Below are positions 61,346-64,000 of a DNA stretch of 64,000 bases, in pieces; positions within the stretch are counted from its first letter, which is position 1, and each line of letters starts with the position of its first letter. The position numbers and the translations under genes were made by a program. The notes under the pieces were generated by a model. That model was not told where the DNA came from. It ran no database searches and saw only the letters and a program-made list of their open reading frames with translations. The DNA is from the human T2T-CHM13v2.0 reference genome, Homo sapiens. The stretch is taken from assembly GCF_009914755.1 (NCBI RefSeq), contig NC_060932.1; one strand, 5' to 3'.

Positions 61346-62486
61346 GTAAGTTGCTTGTTCCAAATGCCACTTCCTGCCGCCATGCAGAGACAGCGACTCA
61401 TAACTTAGATCAGAAATTCAGCATAAAATGAGGAATCTACAAAGATTCAAGAGAAAGGCATCATATTCTACTCTATACTGGAAACTCAAATGATTTTGCC
61501 ATGTATTACTGTTTTCTTTAAATTTTTTCTGGCATTTTGTTTGGTAATGCCAAGCTTCTCCCTGGCTTTTTCCTCCTGATGATGATGTTTCACATAATAC
61601 CCAGCACCTGGCACAGTTTTTACCCAGTAGAACTGTTCTATAGCTAAATAACGCAAGGGATGAACATCCCGTAAATGGATGAACAATTTTGCCCCAAATA
61701 GATTTTGTTTCTGCTTTATTTCAAGTACATAAGTGTAATAAAAGGAAGAAAAAGAATGGTAAAAGCCTCTTAAATGCAGGGCCCATACTCTACTTATTCT
61801 CAGTCCACTTCAGTACCAGCACTAGACTTGTAGAATAATAGATACTCTACAAAATTATTTGGTTTTACATTGAATTGCTAAGGATATGGCATAATAACAT
61901 TTGTGCACTTTTAAAATAGTGCTTATATTTTCTTTAGTGGCCTGTGCACATTATTCACTGAGGCCATATAGAAGTAATACCCTACATTCTTATAGTACAT
62001 CCTCTGATTGAAGCTTACCAGCCTATAGAGTAGATGAAACACAAAATCTTCTAACTGAGAAGCTCACTGGAGACCACCCGGGCTACTGTTTCTCAAACTG
62101 GGATTTGGAGACTCCAAAGAATTGATAGACCATTCTTGGGGGGATCTAGGGCTTGTCCTAGGAGACTTTATGTTTTCCCTTTCCATTTTGATGTCTCTTG
62201 ATTTCAGGGTCCATGTTTGCATTTCTGTTTAAAATCACATCGAGGCCGAATGAACTCTTAAAGTCACAGCATTTAACTTTTAATCTAGTTTCTGAAACTG
62301 TGGTGTGGGAATCCCTGAGGGTTATTCAGATCGCTGGGGACAGTAACTGGGGACGCAACATCTAGCAAGACACTTTATTTTCTGTGCTCATATTTTAATG
62401 GGGTACAGGTAGAAAAAAAAGAAAGTAAATGAAACAAAATAATTATGAGTTGTAGTAATGCTATGAAGGAAACAGTGATCAACATT

Positions 62487-62685
62487 GTTTTTTATTATTA
62501 TACTTTAAGTTTTAGGGCACATGTGCACAACGTGCAGGTTAGTTACGTATGTATACATGTGCCATGTTGGTGTGCTGCACCCATTAACTCGTCATTTAGT
62601 ATTAGGTATATCTCCTAATGCTATCCCTCCCCCCTGCCCCCACCCTGCAACAGTCCCCGGTGTGTGATGTTCCTCTTCCTGTGTC
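62487..62685 (-). mobile_element. 5'-truncated L1PA (PA3/PA4-like) 3' end inserted in an L2
   Basis: L1PA 3' UTR; TSD tcaacatt (62479-62486 and 62684-62691). Confidence 0.9.
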
Positions 62686-62934
62686 AACATTTTTAAATGG
62701 GACTCTTTCGGAGAGGGTGGGGAAGACGGGTCTTTGAGGTGAAATTTAGGCTGAAACCTAAAGGATAGAGAGAAGCGATCCCTGTGGGAGGGAGTGTGTT
62801 CCAGGCAGAGGGAACAGTGCAAGCAGAGGTCCTGAGGGAGTCTCACCTTTGGTTTATCCAGGAGTGGAAGCTCCTTGAAAGCTGAAGCATTGCAAAACAC
62901 AGGGTTATAGTTGCTTATGGCAGAAGGAGGCCCT

Positions 62935-63730
62935 TCATACCTCTATCTGCTTTTTATCATCTGAGTTGAGGCCATCCTGCTCAAGCCACCACCATTTCTT
63001 ACCTCGGCCACTGCCAGACCTCCTCTGTGGCCTCCCAGGCTCCCCTCTGGTCCTCACCAGTCCATCCTGCTCAGAGGAGCTAGGGTGATCTTTTAAGGAC
63101 ACCTGCTTTTCTTAAGCTAAAGAGCAGAATCCCTTCACCTGACCCCAGAAGGCTGAGGCTTCAGTGAGCTGTGATCGTGCCCTCACACTCCAGCCTGGGC
63201 GATAGAGTGAGACGCTGTCTCAAAAATAAAATAAAATATAGCAAAATCCTTAACATATCCAACAAAACCCCATATGCTCCTATCCAATCTTACACTGGGA
63301 CCATTGCCTCCTGTTCTTGCCTGCTTCAGCCACTCAACTTCTCTTTATTCCACAAGCATCTCAAGCTCCCTCTCGCCATGGGGCCTTTGCACTTGTTTCC
63401 CCTCCCTGGAAGGCTCTTGCCCACAGCCCCGTGCCCAGAAAACACTACTCACCCTTCAGACCTCAATTGCGGTGTCACTGCTCGTGGACACCCTCTCTGT
63501 GCCTCAGACTAGGGTCCGCCCATTTGATACGCTCTATCAGCAAGCTCTGTTTTTCCCCCATGGGACGTATCACATTTGTAATCATAGTTTTTTTGACTAC
63601 TGTTTTTGCTTAACTGTTGTCCTTTCCACTAGACTGTGAGTTTCTCAAGATAAAAAACCATGTCTCTATGATACTGTATTCCTGACCCAAAGGAATTGCT
63701 TAGTCAATTTTAGGTGAATAAATAAACAAA
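62935..63730 (+). mobile_element. L2 3' region interrupted by a 5'-truncated Alu right-arm fragment (about 63136-63235)
   Basis: GGGCCTTTGCACTTGTTTCCCCTCCCTGGAAGGCTCTT and CTAGACTGTGAG L2 motifs; Alu end GTGAGACGCTGTCTCAAAAATAAAA. Confidence 0.72.
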
Positions 63731-64000
63731 CAAGCAAGCCACCCTGTCCAGATCAAATCAACTCATGTCAATTTAACAAAGCTTTGAGTGCCTGCCACTG
63801 GGTGTCACTGTGCTGGTGAGTGAGGAACGTGCCTGCCATCACTCTGCTCTTGTACACAGGAGCGAATTAGGAACTGATCCCATTCAATACCAAATTTGAT
63901 GCTCCTTCTGATACACAATGTATTCTTGGTGCTCTGGTATTCTAGGACAGTGGCTTCCAGAATTTTTTCCCAAAAAGCCACAGTAAAAAAATGCACCTTA

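Noticed and set aside
63600-63835. Tail-to-tail L2 ends as a possible miR-28-like hairpin
   Set aside because: The arms are too diverged to give a convincing stem by eye

Overview
This is primate (most likely human) genomic DNA from inside the SULF1 gene (extracellular heparan-sulfate 6-O-endosulfatase Sulf-1), on the + strand. I located 14 consecutive coding exons by hand. All are bounded by AG/GT and splice into one open frame of 2112 nt, covering roughly residues 58-762 of the 871-aa protein; residue and exon numbers come from my memory of human SULF1. The frame includes the CCPSR formylglycine motif, the DHGYH metal site, the furin sites and the basic hydrophilic domain. The start and stop exons lie outside the window. 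The introns hold typical primate repeats: about 16 Alus, L1PA/L1PB/L1MA fragments, MIR, L2, MER5, MER47A, MER58A, MER2, an LTR1/MER52-type solo LTR and an antisense ERV9 LTR12 solo LTR. Most ORFs in the supplied track are repeat-derived or chance. I found no convincing new biological system. The leads most worth checking are the antisense LTR12 promoter 154 bp upstream of an exon, several splicing-regulatory candidates (a skippable catalytic exon flanked by inverted Alus, a competing donor, a NAGNAG acceptor, cryptic micro/poison exons), a nested Alu whose tail became a palindromic minisatellite, and several young tandem duplications.
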